DNA of 64,000 bases, taken from NCBI GenBank assembly GCA_030673645.1, contig DAOVIO010000003.1:2779-66778 (forward strand), in the 5' to 3' direction. A model generated the notes under the pieces. It was given only the letters and a program-made list of their open reading frames with translations, was not told where the DNA came from and made no database searches. This stretch comes from Bacteroidales bacterium. GTDB lineage: Bacteria; Bacteroidota; Bacteroidia; Bacteroidales; GCA-2748055. Every line of letters begins with the position of its first letter. Within the stretch, counting starts at the first letter, position 1. The translations under genes and the position numbers were made by a program. Below are positions 48,903-57,459 of this stretch, piece by piece.

Positions 48903-48985
48903 TTGTCTATATTTTATTTTATTGGTCAAATAACCCCTATGGGCTCAACAAATTTAATATCTTACTCACAATTATTTTCTTTTAC

Positions 48986-49001
48986 CCCAATGTACATTGG
49001 G
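48986..49001. repeat. perfect 16-bp palindrome CCCAATGTACATTGGG
   Basis: Read directly. It lies in the 101-bp spacer between two minus-strand genes. Confidence 0.6.
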
Positions 49002-49030
49002 ATTAGTATTTCAAAAAAAAATTATTATTT

Positions 49031-50065
49031 CTATTTACACTCTTCTATATACTTACCTGCTTCCTCAATGCCCAATTCAAGTGCCATATTCCAATCCCAG
49101 CAAGCCCCATCCAAATCTCCCATAAGCTCCTTTACCAAACCACGATTTAAATAGGCCTGACCATAATCAGGAATGTCATTTAAAACATCATCGAATAAAG
49201 AAACTGATAAAACATGATCGCCCAATTTAGCAACTGCGCTTGCTTTATTATTATTAGCAAAGGCATATAAGTTATCAATGGATATCGCCATATCGAAATC
49301 GGTCAAAGCAGACTCATAATCCGTCAGAAAATAATGCACTGTACCTCTATTATTATATGCAATTGCAAATTCAGGATCAAGAGTAATTGCAACATTATAG
49401 TCCTCAAGAGCACCTTCATAGTCACCCAGAACAATCTTTACACTCCCCATATTATTAAACGCCATAGGAAAATCATGTTTATAATCTGTGGCCAATCTAT
49501 AATCGTGCAATGCACCTTGAAGATCCCCAAGGGCTCTTTTAGCTGTAGCTCTATCGTGATATGCGTTCGGTAAATCAGGGTTCATATTTACTGCTTCTGT
49601 AAAATCCTCGATTGAACCAGAATAATCATCAAGTAACAATTTATATAGACCACGGTAATAATATGCCTGATATTCTTTATAACCATTATCAATAGCGCGA
49701 TCAAAATTTTGAAGAATACCTGTTGCGGTATCAGTTCTGAAATTCAGATAAGCCAAAAAAAAGTACGCTTCTCCCAAATTCGGATTTGAAGAGATAACAG
49801 TTTCAAAATCATCCAATGCAGAATCAAAATTGCTCAGCTCAACATTAGATTTTGCCCGAAGCATGAAGGCTTCAGTAAAATCTGGTTTTAACTCAATACA
49901 ATAATTCAACGAATTCACAGCATTAGAAAAGGCTCCTATTTGAATGAATTCAACAGCTTTATTGTAAGCCTTCTCAGATTCTTTCTTAGTTTTATCAGGC
50001 ATTTGAGAAAAGGATAAAGCAAAGCTTCCTACCAAGAAAACAAGTAAAATATTAGTTCGTTTCAT
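49031..50065 (-). CDS. tetratricopeptide repeat protein (secreted)
   Basis: Signal peptide and about 8 TPR units (repeated A..Y..RG / AYNNRG patterns). Confidence 0.75.
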   Translation of the reverse strand: MKRTNILLVFLVGSFALSFSQMPDKTKKESEKAYNKAVEFIQIGAFSNAVNSLNYCIELKPDFTEAFMLRAKSNVELSNFDSALDDFETVISSNPNLGEAYFFLAYLNFRTDTATGILQNFDRAIDNGYKEYQAYYYRGLYKLLLDDYSGSIEDFTEAVNMNPDLPNAYHDRATAKRALGDLQGALHDYRLATDYKHDFPMAFNNMGSVKIVLGDYEGALEDYNVAITLDPEFAIAYNNRGTVHYFLTDYESALTDFDMAISIDNLYAFANNNKASAVAKLGDHVLSVSLFDDVLNDIPDYGQAYLNRGLVKELMGDLDGACWDWNMALELGIEEAGKYIEECK

Positions 50066-50130
50066 CTCTTTATTATTTATTTTTTCATAAGGTATCTATT
50101 TAAACTTTATTCCCCAATATAAAAATCGGG

Positions 50131-50188
50131 GCAGCATATGAGTTCTCAGTATGAAGCTGATCGGCTTTTGTAACTCATACATATCTGC
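50131..50188. other. nested inverted repeats (candidate structured RNA or binding site)
   Basis: GCAG..TATGAGTT...AACTCATA..CTGC encloses AAGC-TGATCG-GCTT followed by TTTTG. Confidence 0.25.
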
Positions 50189-50382
50189 AGTAAAGAGTGA
50201 AATAGACTTGATTGAATATATGTGTCCATTTATGCTAAAATTATTTTTACCATGATAGAATCATGAGTCATCATTTTAGTTCATCAACTCAATTTATCAT
50301 AATATAAAAACTCTGCCAAACTTTGATAAAAGCAAATTAAACTCTCTATTTTAGACAAATAAAAAATAGCAGCAGTTGCATT

Positions 50383-50407
50383 AGTAATTATTTTTTCAAT
50401 AATTACT
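50383..50407. promoter_or_regulatory. 10-bp perfect inverted repeat AGTAATTATT-TTTTC-AATAATTACT
   Basis: Read directly, about 180 nt upstream of the Hpt gene. Confidence 0.3.
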
Positions 50408-50585
50408 TAATTGCTATCTTTCCGTCATTTATTTGGTATTAATATTACAAAAAAAATCAAAGAATGTTATTATTGTAAATAAAAGACTTTTAAATCTAAA
50501 ATTAAAGAAATAAATTTACTTTTAATTAACAGTTGAAGAATTACTAAAGTTTTATTTTTATTTCCTTTTTTTAATAATTGAATTA

Positions 50586-50939
50586 GTGAGAACAAATTTA
50601 GAATATTTACGGTCGATGAGTGGAGACAGCACCGAACTGATTGTTGAACTAATAGATATTTTCAATGATCAAGTAATTGAATTCTCATCAAACTTACAAA
50701 GTTATCTTGATAAAAAAGATTATGATGCCCTGGGCAAATTGGCACATAAAGCAAAATCATCTGTTTCAATAATGGGGATGAGCGAATTATCAGGAAAGCT
50801 AAAAGATTTGGAAATGGATGTTAAAACCGCTACTAATATTGAAGGTTATCAGGAATATGTTAATTTCTTTAAGGCAGAAAGCCTTGAAGCCGTAAAGGAA
50901 CTTAACGATTATAAGAATAAAATTAATCAACTTAAATAG
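50586..50939 (+). CDS. Hpt (histidine phosphotransfer) domain protein
   Basis: 117-aa four-helix pattern with the phospho-His motif LAHKAKSSVSIMG (HxxKGS-like). GTG start. Confidence 0.7.
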   Translation: MRTNLEYLRSMSGDSTELIVELIDIFNDQVIEFSSNLQSYLDKKDYDALGKLAHKAKSSVSIMGMSELSGKLKDLEMDVKTATNIEGYQEYVNFFKAESLEAVKELNDYKNKINQLK

Positions 50940-50949
50940 AAGATTATTT

Positions 50950-51288
50950 ATGTTAACAATAGAGAAAAAAGACGAAATCCTAATTGTCTCATTTGATAAA
51001 GTTAATCGGTTTAATGCCTTAATTTCAGAACCCGTAAAAGAAGAGGTCAAAGCTTTATTTAGTACTCCTAATACGCGATTAATTTTAAATCTTAAAGGCA
51101 TTTCTTTTATCGACAGTTCAGGTTTTGGTGTATTTTTATCGGTAATGAAAACAGCAAATAACAATTATGGCTTCTTCAAAATTTCAAATATTTCTGAAGA
51201 AGTAATGGAGTTATTTAAGCTTTTGCAATTACACAACGTATTTGAGATTTATAATACTATTGACGATGCCATTAAGAGTTTTAATTAA
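50950..51288 (+). CDS. STAS domain protein (anti-sigma-factor antagonist, SpoIIAA/RsbV-like)
   Basis: 112 aa with LNLKGISFIDSSGFGVFLSV, which carries the conserved phosphorylatable Ser in DSSG. Confidence 0.8.
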   Translation: MLTIEKKDEILIVSFDKVNRFNALISEPVKEEVKALFSTPNTRLILNLKGISFIDSSGFGVFLSVMKTANNNYGFFKISNISEEVMELFKLLQLHNVFEIYNTIDDAIKSFN

Positions 51289-51578
51289 TCTGGCTAAATT
51301 AAAATTCAAAAAAAATATTCTTTGAATTAATATATAATTATTTATAGAAAAATGAATATGATATAAATAAGTCATTAATTGAATGCCAAGTTGATACAGG
51401 ATAATCAATTTCTAAAAACCAAGCTTTAAAATAAATCCTATACTTTTAGTATTCAGATTCTTATCTTCCAATTTTAAGAGTTTATTAACAAATCCCCACC
51501 ATGTCCATATAAGTCTTTTTATTATATTTGAAAACATAATTCATAAGAGTAAAATTGCCAACCAAAACATACTTAATC

Positions 51579-52037
51579 ATGAATAAATTATTAATTATCT
51601 TATCTATAGTGGGATTTTTTTTCGCAAGTTGCAATACAAATGATAAAAATACAGAATCTACTGAAACTATTAGTATTAGCGTTGATGAGTTCATTAAAAA
51701 CGCAGATTCCTACCAGGATAGTCAGATTACTGTCAGTGGACTTGTTACGCATGTTTGCAAACATGGTGGCCAAAAACTATTTATAGCAGGAGTAGAAGAA
51801 GGCGTTTCGCTTAGAATTGAGACTGGTGAAAACATCCCAGAATTCGAAATTGGATTGGAAGGGACTGAAGCTGAATTTACCGGAAAAATAATTCTTATGG
51901 ATGATAAATTCATTGCCAGTTCAAAAGACAAACATGAACAAGTTAACGATGAAGAAGAGGACTGTGAGTTTGAAAAAACTTCTGATCCAGTTGAAAAAGT
52001 CTATTATTTAGTAGCATCTTCTCTGAAAAATCTATAA
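51579..52037 (+). CDS. hypothetical lipoprotein
   Basis: Lipobox FFFASC after MNKLLIILSIVG. The track ORF starts at 51555. No family recognised. Confidence 0.55.
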   Translation: MNKLLIILSIVGFFFASCNTNDKNTESTETISISVDEFIKNADSYQDSQITVSGLVTHVCKHGGQKLFIAGVEEGVSLRIETGENIPEFEIGLEGTEAEFTGKIILMDDKFIASSKDKHEQVNDEEEDCEFEKTSDPVEKVYYLVASSLKNL

Positions 52038-52166
52038 TTTAATTTTGAATATTCATTGTCACAGGATTTTTCGTCGCTTACTCTTTATTCTATGATTATA
52101 AAGAAAGGGCAAGGGCTTTATGAAAGATTATGACAAAATAGTTTTCCAATAATCAACTACAAAAAA

Positions 52167-52733
52167 ATGAGGTGGCGTAAGTTAAACAGAATCTTACACA
52201 GAGATATGGGATATATATTTTTCGGAATGACCATTATTTACTCTGTTTCCGGGATAGTGTTAAATCATCGAAAACCTGCAGGTGACGCTAGTATTGTAAG
52301 TCGTTCAGAAACTTTCAAATATAAAACTACATCAAAAGAAGATGCTGATAAAAACTTTATTTTCGAGGTGATAGCAAGTCTTAATGAAAGTCCTGATGGT
52401 TATAAAAACTTTTATTTCCCCTCAGACAATGAACTATTAATTTACCTTAAACAGGGTCATATCAGTTATAATCTTGAGACAGGAGAAGGCAAGCTTATTA
52501 AGATCAAGCGGGTTCCTGTACTATATGAATTTAATTTCCTTCATTATAATAAACCGAAGAAGTTATGGACCTGGTTCAGTGATATTTATGCTGTTTCACT
52601 CGGATTAATGGCAATTACGGGTTTGTTTATCCTAAGAGGTAAAAACGGCATAAAAAAAAGGGGCGCTCTGTTGGTAGGCCTTGGCTCCACAGTTCCATTA
52701 GCATTTTTGATAATATATTTATGGGGGAGGTAA
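52167..52733 (+). CDS. PepSY-associated TM helix domain protein
   Basis: MRWRKLNRILHRDMGYIFFGMTIIYSVSGIVLNH plus a C-terminal TM pair is typical of PepSY_TM-like proteins. Confidence 0.7.
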   Translation: MRWRKLNRILHRDMGYIFFGMTIIYSVSGIVLNHRKPAGDASIVSRSETFKYKTTSKEDADKNFIFEVIASLNESPDGYKNFYFPSDNELLIYLKQGHISYNLETGEGKLIKIKRVPVLYEFNFLHYNKPKKLWTWFSDIYAVSLGLMAITGLFILRGKNGIKKRGALLVGLGSTVPLAFLIIYLWGR

Positions 52734-52811
52734 ATTGATGTGATGATGTGGAAGTGTGGTAATAAAGTGTTGTGATTGAATGATAAGTAGAAAGATAAGA
52801 TATTTTTTATT
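52703..52811 (+). repeat. 109-nt tract with no C on the plus strand; G/T-rich degenerate 8-nt-period repeats
   Basis: Counted directly. The core is 52734..52800, ATTGATGT GATGATGT GGAAGTGT GGTAATAA AGTGTTGT GATTGAAT GATAAGTA GAAAGATA. It shares exact 9-, 10- and 12-mers with tracts at 13114, 32799 and 34628. Confidence 0.75.
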
Positions 52812-52938
52812 CTTAATTATCTATAATGTCTTAGTACTTAAAACGAATACCCTGTAATAATTAATAGAACTTCAACGAATATTTTATATATTCGGGGTAT
52901 ATATTGATTTACTATTTTGAATTTAATAAATTCATTCA

Positions 52939-55900
52939 ATGAGTGAACAAATTCTAAAGGCCCTTATGCAACTATTCGCAATTGTTGCCAGGCCTGAAAG
53001 TAACACCGAAGACCGCCGAACTGTTGTTGAATCCTTTCTTAAAAGACAGTTAAATAGAGAACTAGTTAAAGAATATCTAAAAATATTTGATGATTTTTAT
53101 AATCTATATCAGAAAAAACAAAAAGATAAGAATTCCCGCAGAAGACAAATCTCTGCAAGTTCAGTAAAGGTTCTAAAAATCTGCACCGAAATAAATCATG
53201 CACTTGAGCAGCCTCAAAAATTTATAGTACTAATACAGTTATTGGAGTTTGTAAAATCCGATAATTCTGAGATAACTGAGCAAGAAATGGAATTTGTTGA
53301 TATGGTTGCTGACACTTTCAACATCTCCGAAGAAGAGCACAAACAAATTAAGGATTATGTTTTATTCTCATTTTCGAAAGTTCCCAACTCCGAATCAGTG
53401 CTGATAATTGATGGGGAAAATGAGAATAATTATAAGAAGCTTCAGGCAAAACATATGATTATTAAGGGCTTAGTTGGTCAAATCAGAGTTTTGCATATTG
53501 TATCAACCAACATGTATTTTATCCGATACCTGGGTGCAAATGAGGTTTCTTTAAATGGTCAACTAATTGTGAAGGAAAAAGTATATTCCTTTACAACCGG
53601 GTCTTCAATTCGCAACCAAATAATTAAACCTGTATATTATGGTGATGTAGTCGGACGTTTTGCAGAAGATAAAATTCTTTCAAAAATTGTATTTAATGTA
53701 AAAAATGTTGAGTTCCAATTTCCTAATGGCAAACTCGGATTGCATAATATCAATTTTACAGAACAAGCCGGTCGGCTTATTGGGATTATGGGTGCCAGTG
53801 GAGCTGGAAAATCAACATTATTAAATGTACTTAATGGGTCAATTCCTCCCAGCAAGGGCGAGGTTACTATTAATGGATTTAGTATTCATAACCAATCACA
53901 TGAAATTGAAGGAATTATTGGTCATGTTTCTCAAGATGATCTATTAATTGAAGAATTGAGTGTTTATCAAAACTTGTATTATAATGCTAAACTTTGTTTT
54001 GATAATTACAATGAAGAACAACTCATTGATGTTGTAAATAAAACACTTAAAAATCTTGGTCTTTTTGAAATTCAAGATATTCTTGTTGGATCTCCTCTAA
54101 ACAAAAAGATTAGTGGTGGACAAAGAAAAAGACTGAACATTGCACTTGAATTAATTAGAGAGCCTGCTGTATTATTTCTCGATGAGCCAACATCTGGCTT
54201 ATCAAGTCGTGATTCTGAAAATATACTCGACTTGCTAAAAGAATTATCCTTAAAAGGAAAACTTGTTTTTGTGGTCATACATCAGCCTTCTTCCGATATA
54301 TTCAAGATGTTTGACAAGTTATTAATTTTAGATACTGGCGGATATCTTATTTATAACGGAAATCCGGTTGAATCAATAATGTATTTCAAGGAAAAGGTAC
54401 ACCATGCAGACTGTAACGATAGCGAATGTCATATATGTGGTAATGTAAACCCCGAACAGATATTCAATATTGTAGAAGCATCAGTAATAGATGAACATGG
54501 GAAACCTACAGATGCCAGAAGGATTTCACCAACGGAATGGAGGAACAAATTCTCAGAAAAACTAAAAAAAGACGACACTGAGATAATTCCTGAAGTTGGA
54601 AAAAAGGACTTACCCGGTATTCAATTTAAGATTCCAAAAAGACTCAAGCAATTCTGGATTTTCGCTAAAAGAGATATCCTCAAGAAGCTAAGTGATACCC
54701 AATACCTGGTAATCAATTTCCTTGAGGCTCCTGTACTTGCTGTTTTACTGGCATTTATTATCAGGTATTTCAATGTTGACGTTACCAACAAATTCGGTTA
54801 TACATTCGCCGGAAACTCAAACCTTCCTGTCTATCTGTTTATGTCGGTAATAGTAGGAATCTTTATGGGTCTTACTGTTAGTGCTGAAGAAATTATTAAG
54901 GATCGAAAAATCCTTAAGCGAGAAGCATTCTTGAATTTAAGCTGGTCGAGTTATCTATTCTCAAAAGTATTTGTACAATTCATGTTATCCGCCATTCAAG
55001 CAGCAACATTTGTATTGATAGGGAATAGTATAATGGGAATAAAGGGAATGTATCTGATATATTGGCTTGTTTTATTTAGCGCATGGACATTCTCAAATTT
55101 ACTAGGGTTAGTAATCTCCGACAGTTTCAAAACAGTGGTTACAATATATATTCTTATTCCCTTTTTGGTTATTCCTCAAATTATCTTATCAGGAATTATA
55201 GTCAAATTTGAGAAACTAAATCCAATGATTTCGAAACCAAGTTCGATCCCTTTCTATGGTGAGATTATAACTGCCCGATGGGCTTACGAGGCTTTAGCTA
55301 CTTATCAGTTTATGGAAAATGATTTCCAGAAAAGATATTACGATGAGGAAAAGTTGCTTAGAAATGCAAGTTTTAAAGACAGTTATTTACTGAATGACCT
55401 TATAAATAAAACCCGCTTTGCAATTAAAAACCTCAATAGCCCTGAAGATAATGAACAGGTATCATATAATCTTGATCTAATTAAAAAAGAAATCAAAAAG
55501 GAATATAATTATCGGACAAGATTAGCTGAGGAGCAAAATGGAATTCCTGTTAATTATTTATCAGAAATAGACCAACTAAATATAAACGATATAAATCCTG
55601 AAGTTTTAGATACTACCTTAAAATATCTTCAAGGAATACAAAAATTCTATTCCTCGCTTTATAAATACATATACAATAAGCTGAATGACCATAAAAGAGA
55701 AGAAGATCAAGAGTATGTTGAACAATTAAAAAGGGAGCATCATAATGAAGCTTTGGAAGAATTTGTTACTAATAAGAATGAGTTTCAAAGAATTGTAGAA
55801 TTTAATGGTGAATTACTCCAAAAGAAAGATCCTATATACCTAGACCCCAGTAATAAACTCGTTAAAGCTCACTTTTACGCGCCAAGGAAGGCTGTTTTTG

Positions 55901-56037
55901 GCAAATTCTACCCTACAATCTGGGTAAATCTTGGAGTTATGTGGATGTCTACTGTTCTTCTTTATCTTGTATTGTACTTTAGATTACTTAAACGCCTCCT
56001 GGATTTCTTTGAGAATTTAAGTTTTAGCAAGAAATAG
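52939..56037 (+). CDS. ABC transporter, fused ATP-binding and ABC-2-type permease (ABCG-like) with a ~260-aa N-terminal regulatory extension
   Basis: Walker A GASGAGKSTLLNVLNG, signature ISGGQRKRLNIALEL, Walker B LFLDEPTSGL, H-loop VIHQPS, then a multi-TM domain. The N-terminal helical region is TerB-like as far as I can judge. Confidence 0.85.
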   Translation: MSEQILKALMQLFAIVARPESNTEDRRTVVESFLKRQLNRELVKEYLKIFDDFYNLYQKKQKDKNSRRRQISASSVKVLKICTEINHALEQPQKFIVLIQLLEFVKSDNSEITEQEMEFVDMVADTFNISEEEHKQIKDYVLFSFSKVPNSESVLIIDGENENNYKKLQAKHMIIKGLVGQIRVLHIVSTNMYFIRYLGANEVSLNGQLIVKEKVYSFTTGSSIRNQIIKPVYYGDVVGRFAEDKILSKIVFNVKNVEFQFPNGKLGLHNINFTEQAGRLIGIMGASGAGKSTLLNVLNGSIPPSKGEVTINGFSIHNQSHEIEGIIGHVSQDDLLIEELSVYQNLYYNAKLCFDNYNEEQLIDVVNKTLKNLGLFEIQDILVGSPLNKKISGGQRKRLNIALELIREPAVLFLDEPTSGLSSRDSENILDLLKELSLKGKLVFVVIHQPSSDIFKMFDKLLILDTGGYLIYNGNPVESIMYFKEKVHHADCNDSECHICGNVNPEQIFNIVEASVIDEHGKPTDARRISPTEWRNKFSEKLKKDDTEIIPEVGKKDLPGIQFKIPKRLKQFWIFAKRDILKKLSDTQYLVINFLEAPVLAVLLAFIIRYFNVDVTNKFGYTFAGNSNLPVYLFMSVIVGIFMGLTVSAEEIIKDRKILKREAFLNLSWSSYLFSKVFVQFMLSAIQAATFVLIGNSIMGIKGMYLIYWLVLFSAWTFSNLLGLVISDSFKTVVTIYILIPFLVIPQIILSGIIVKFEKLNPMISKPSSIPFYGEIITARWAYEALATYQFMENDFQKRYYDEEKLLRNASFKDSYLLNDLINKTRFAIKNLNSPEDNEQVSYNLDLIKKEIKKEYNYRTRLAEEQNGIPVNYLSEIDQLNINDINPEVLDTTLKYLQGIQKFYSSLYKYIYNKLNDHKREEDQEYVEQLKREHHNEALEEFVTNKNEFQRIVEFNGELLQKKDPIYLDPSNKLVKAHFYAPRKAVFGKFYPTIWVNLGVMWMSTVLLYLVLYFRLLKRLLDFFENLSFSKK

Positions 56038-56174
56038 TTTAGGTTGCTGAGTACTACTATATAACATGATACTGTTATTTTCAATTTAAAATTGCGGCTT
56101 TTTTGCCCGCACACTGGACTGGTTGCTGGGAAGAAATAGTTATACTAACTTAATTTACTAGAGAAAAATTGTAT

Positions 56175-56214
56175 AAAAAAGGGAATGTCACAGTAATGCA
56201 ACATTCCCTTTTAT
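56175..56214. terminator. bidirectional rho-independent terminator
   Basis: AAAAAA-GGGAATGT-12 nt-ACATTCCC-TTTT between the convergent ABC and SiaC-like genes. Confidence 0.75.
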
Positions 56215-56228
56215 ATTTGAATAATAGA

Positions 56229-56609
56229 TTACTCTACAATTTCAATCATCTTAAAAGGAACTCTAATAATAGATTCATAATCTTCACCAGCCTCCAACAT
56301 ATCCTCATCATCTTCCTCATAATACCAATTAATCAGCACTTCACTGCCACCTTTATTTATGGCTTCAAGCTTTTTAAATACATCGAGAATACATTTTGAT
56401 GAACTTGTATTAAAATATTCCAGTTGTACATTAACCATGGTTTTCTCAACAGATGAATTTGAATACTCATCTAACCAGTCAACCAAAGGTTTATAAAATT
56501 CTATTGAATTTTCAGGAATAGATCTTCCTTTAATTTCCATAACACCTGTAGAGGCATCAAACTTAACTGTTGGAGTCTTGGCTGTACCATCAATAATAAT
56601 TGGTTCCAT
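56229..56609 (-). CDS. SiaC family regulatory phosphoprotein (DUF1987)
   Basis: MEPIIIDGTAKTPTVKFDASTGVMEIKGRSIPENSIEFYKPLVDWL...LEYFNTSSSK matches the DUF1987 pattern. Confidence 0.8.
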   Translation of the reverse strand: MEPIIIDGTAKTPTVKFDASTGVMEIKGRSIPENSIEFYKPLVDWLDEYSNSSVEKTMVNVQLEYFNTSSSKCILDVFKKLEAINKGGSEVLINWYYEEDDEDMLEAGEDYESIIRVPFKMIEIVE

Positions 56610-56636
56610 ATTTCTTATATTAAATTATTTCTAAAA

Positions 56637-57188
56637 TCATGAAATTTTCACATCCAGATTAAAAAAGTAATACCCGGATGTCATACTTTCAAAACTATAA
56701 TCAAGTTTATTTCCTGTTTTCCTTGCAATATCAACCAGACCTAATCCACCGCCTCCCTTTGCACTCAGTTTCTGGTGATTTAAAATAAATTTATACATAT
56801 CCTTAAGTTCTTCCTTAGAAAGCGAGTTAATTTTATCAATCTTATCTTTGAGAAACTTAATTTTTCCAGATGTTACAATATTCCCTGTAGTTATTCTATA
56901 CACATTTGGGTCAATTCGTGTAATCACTAAAACCCCAAATTTAGATTCCATATCCCCTTTAACAGCATCAGGAAAATCATCAATATGATGATATAAATTC
57001 TGAAGACTCTCTACAAGTACATTATAAACCTTTTTTCTAATTTTGGATGTTTCACTAAGATCTTCAAGTTTTTCTTCAACAACCTCAAGGACATTACTTA
57101 TAAGATCACTAGTTATACTGCCTTTATAGGCAAGTAAAACTTCTCCTTCATTTAGTTGCTTGTAATACTCGTTTATATCAAAGCTCAT
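56637..57188 (-). CDS. SiaB family protein kinase (DUF6272, GHKL/RsbW-like)
   Basis: N-terminal LLAYKGSITSDLISNVLEVVEEKL and C-terminal GGGGLGLVDIARKTG ATP-lid pattern. Immediately upstream of the SiaC-like gene. Confidence 0.75.
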   Translation of the reverse strand: MSFDINEYYKQLNEGEVLLAYKGSITSDLISNVLEVVEEKLEDLSETSKIRKKVYNVLVESLQNLYHHIDDFPDAVKGDMESKFGVLVITRIDPNVYRITTGNIVTSGKIKFLKDKIDKINSLSKEELKDMYKFILNHQKLSAKGGGGLGLVDIARKTGNKLDYSFESMTSGYYFFNLDVKIS

Positions 57189-57459
57189 CTAGGCTTTCTT
57201 TAAGATATGTAATAAAAGTACGTATTTTTTATTATGAAACAAATATATAAAAAAAACAATTTTTAACAATTAAGATTTATTAACCAAAATCCTAATCTTT
57301 ATTGATCCTACATTTTTAAAAGGTTGCATTATTATTTAAATTTAAATAAAATAGACAGTATTTAAAAATTTTGGAGCTCTAAATTCAATTTTTTATTTAA
57401 ACTTCTAGGATAAAATGACTAATGAATGATTTTAGTATTTAAAAAAGTCTTTTAAAGAA

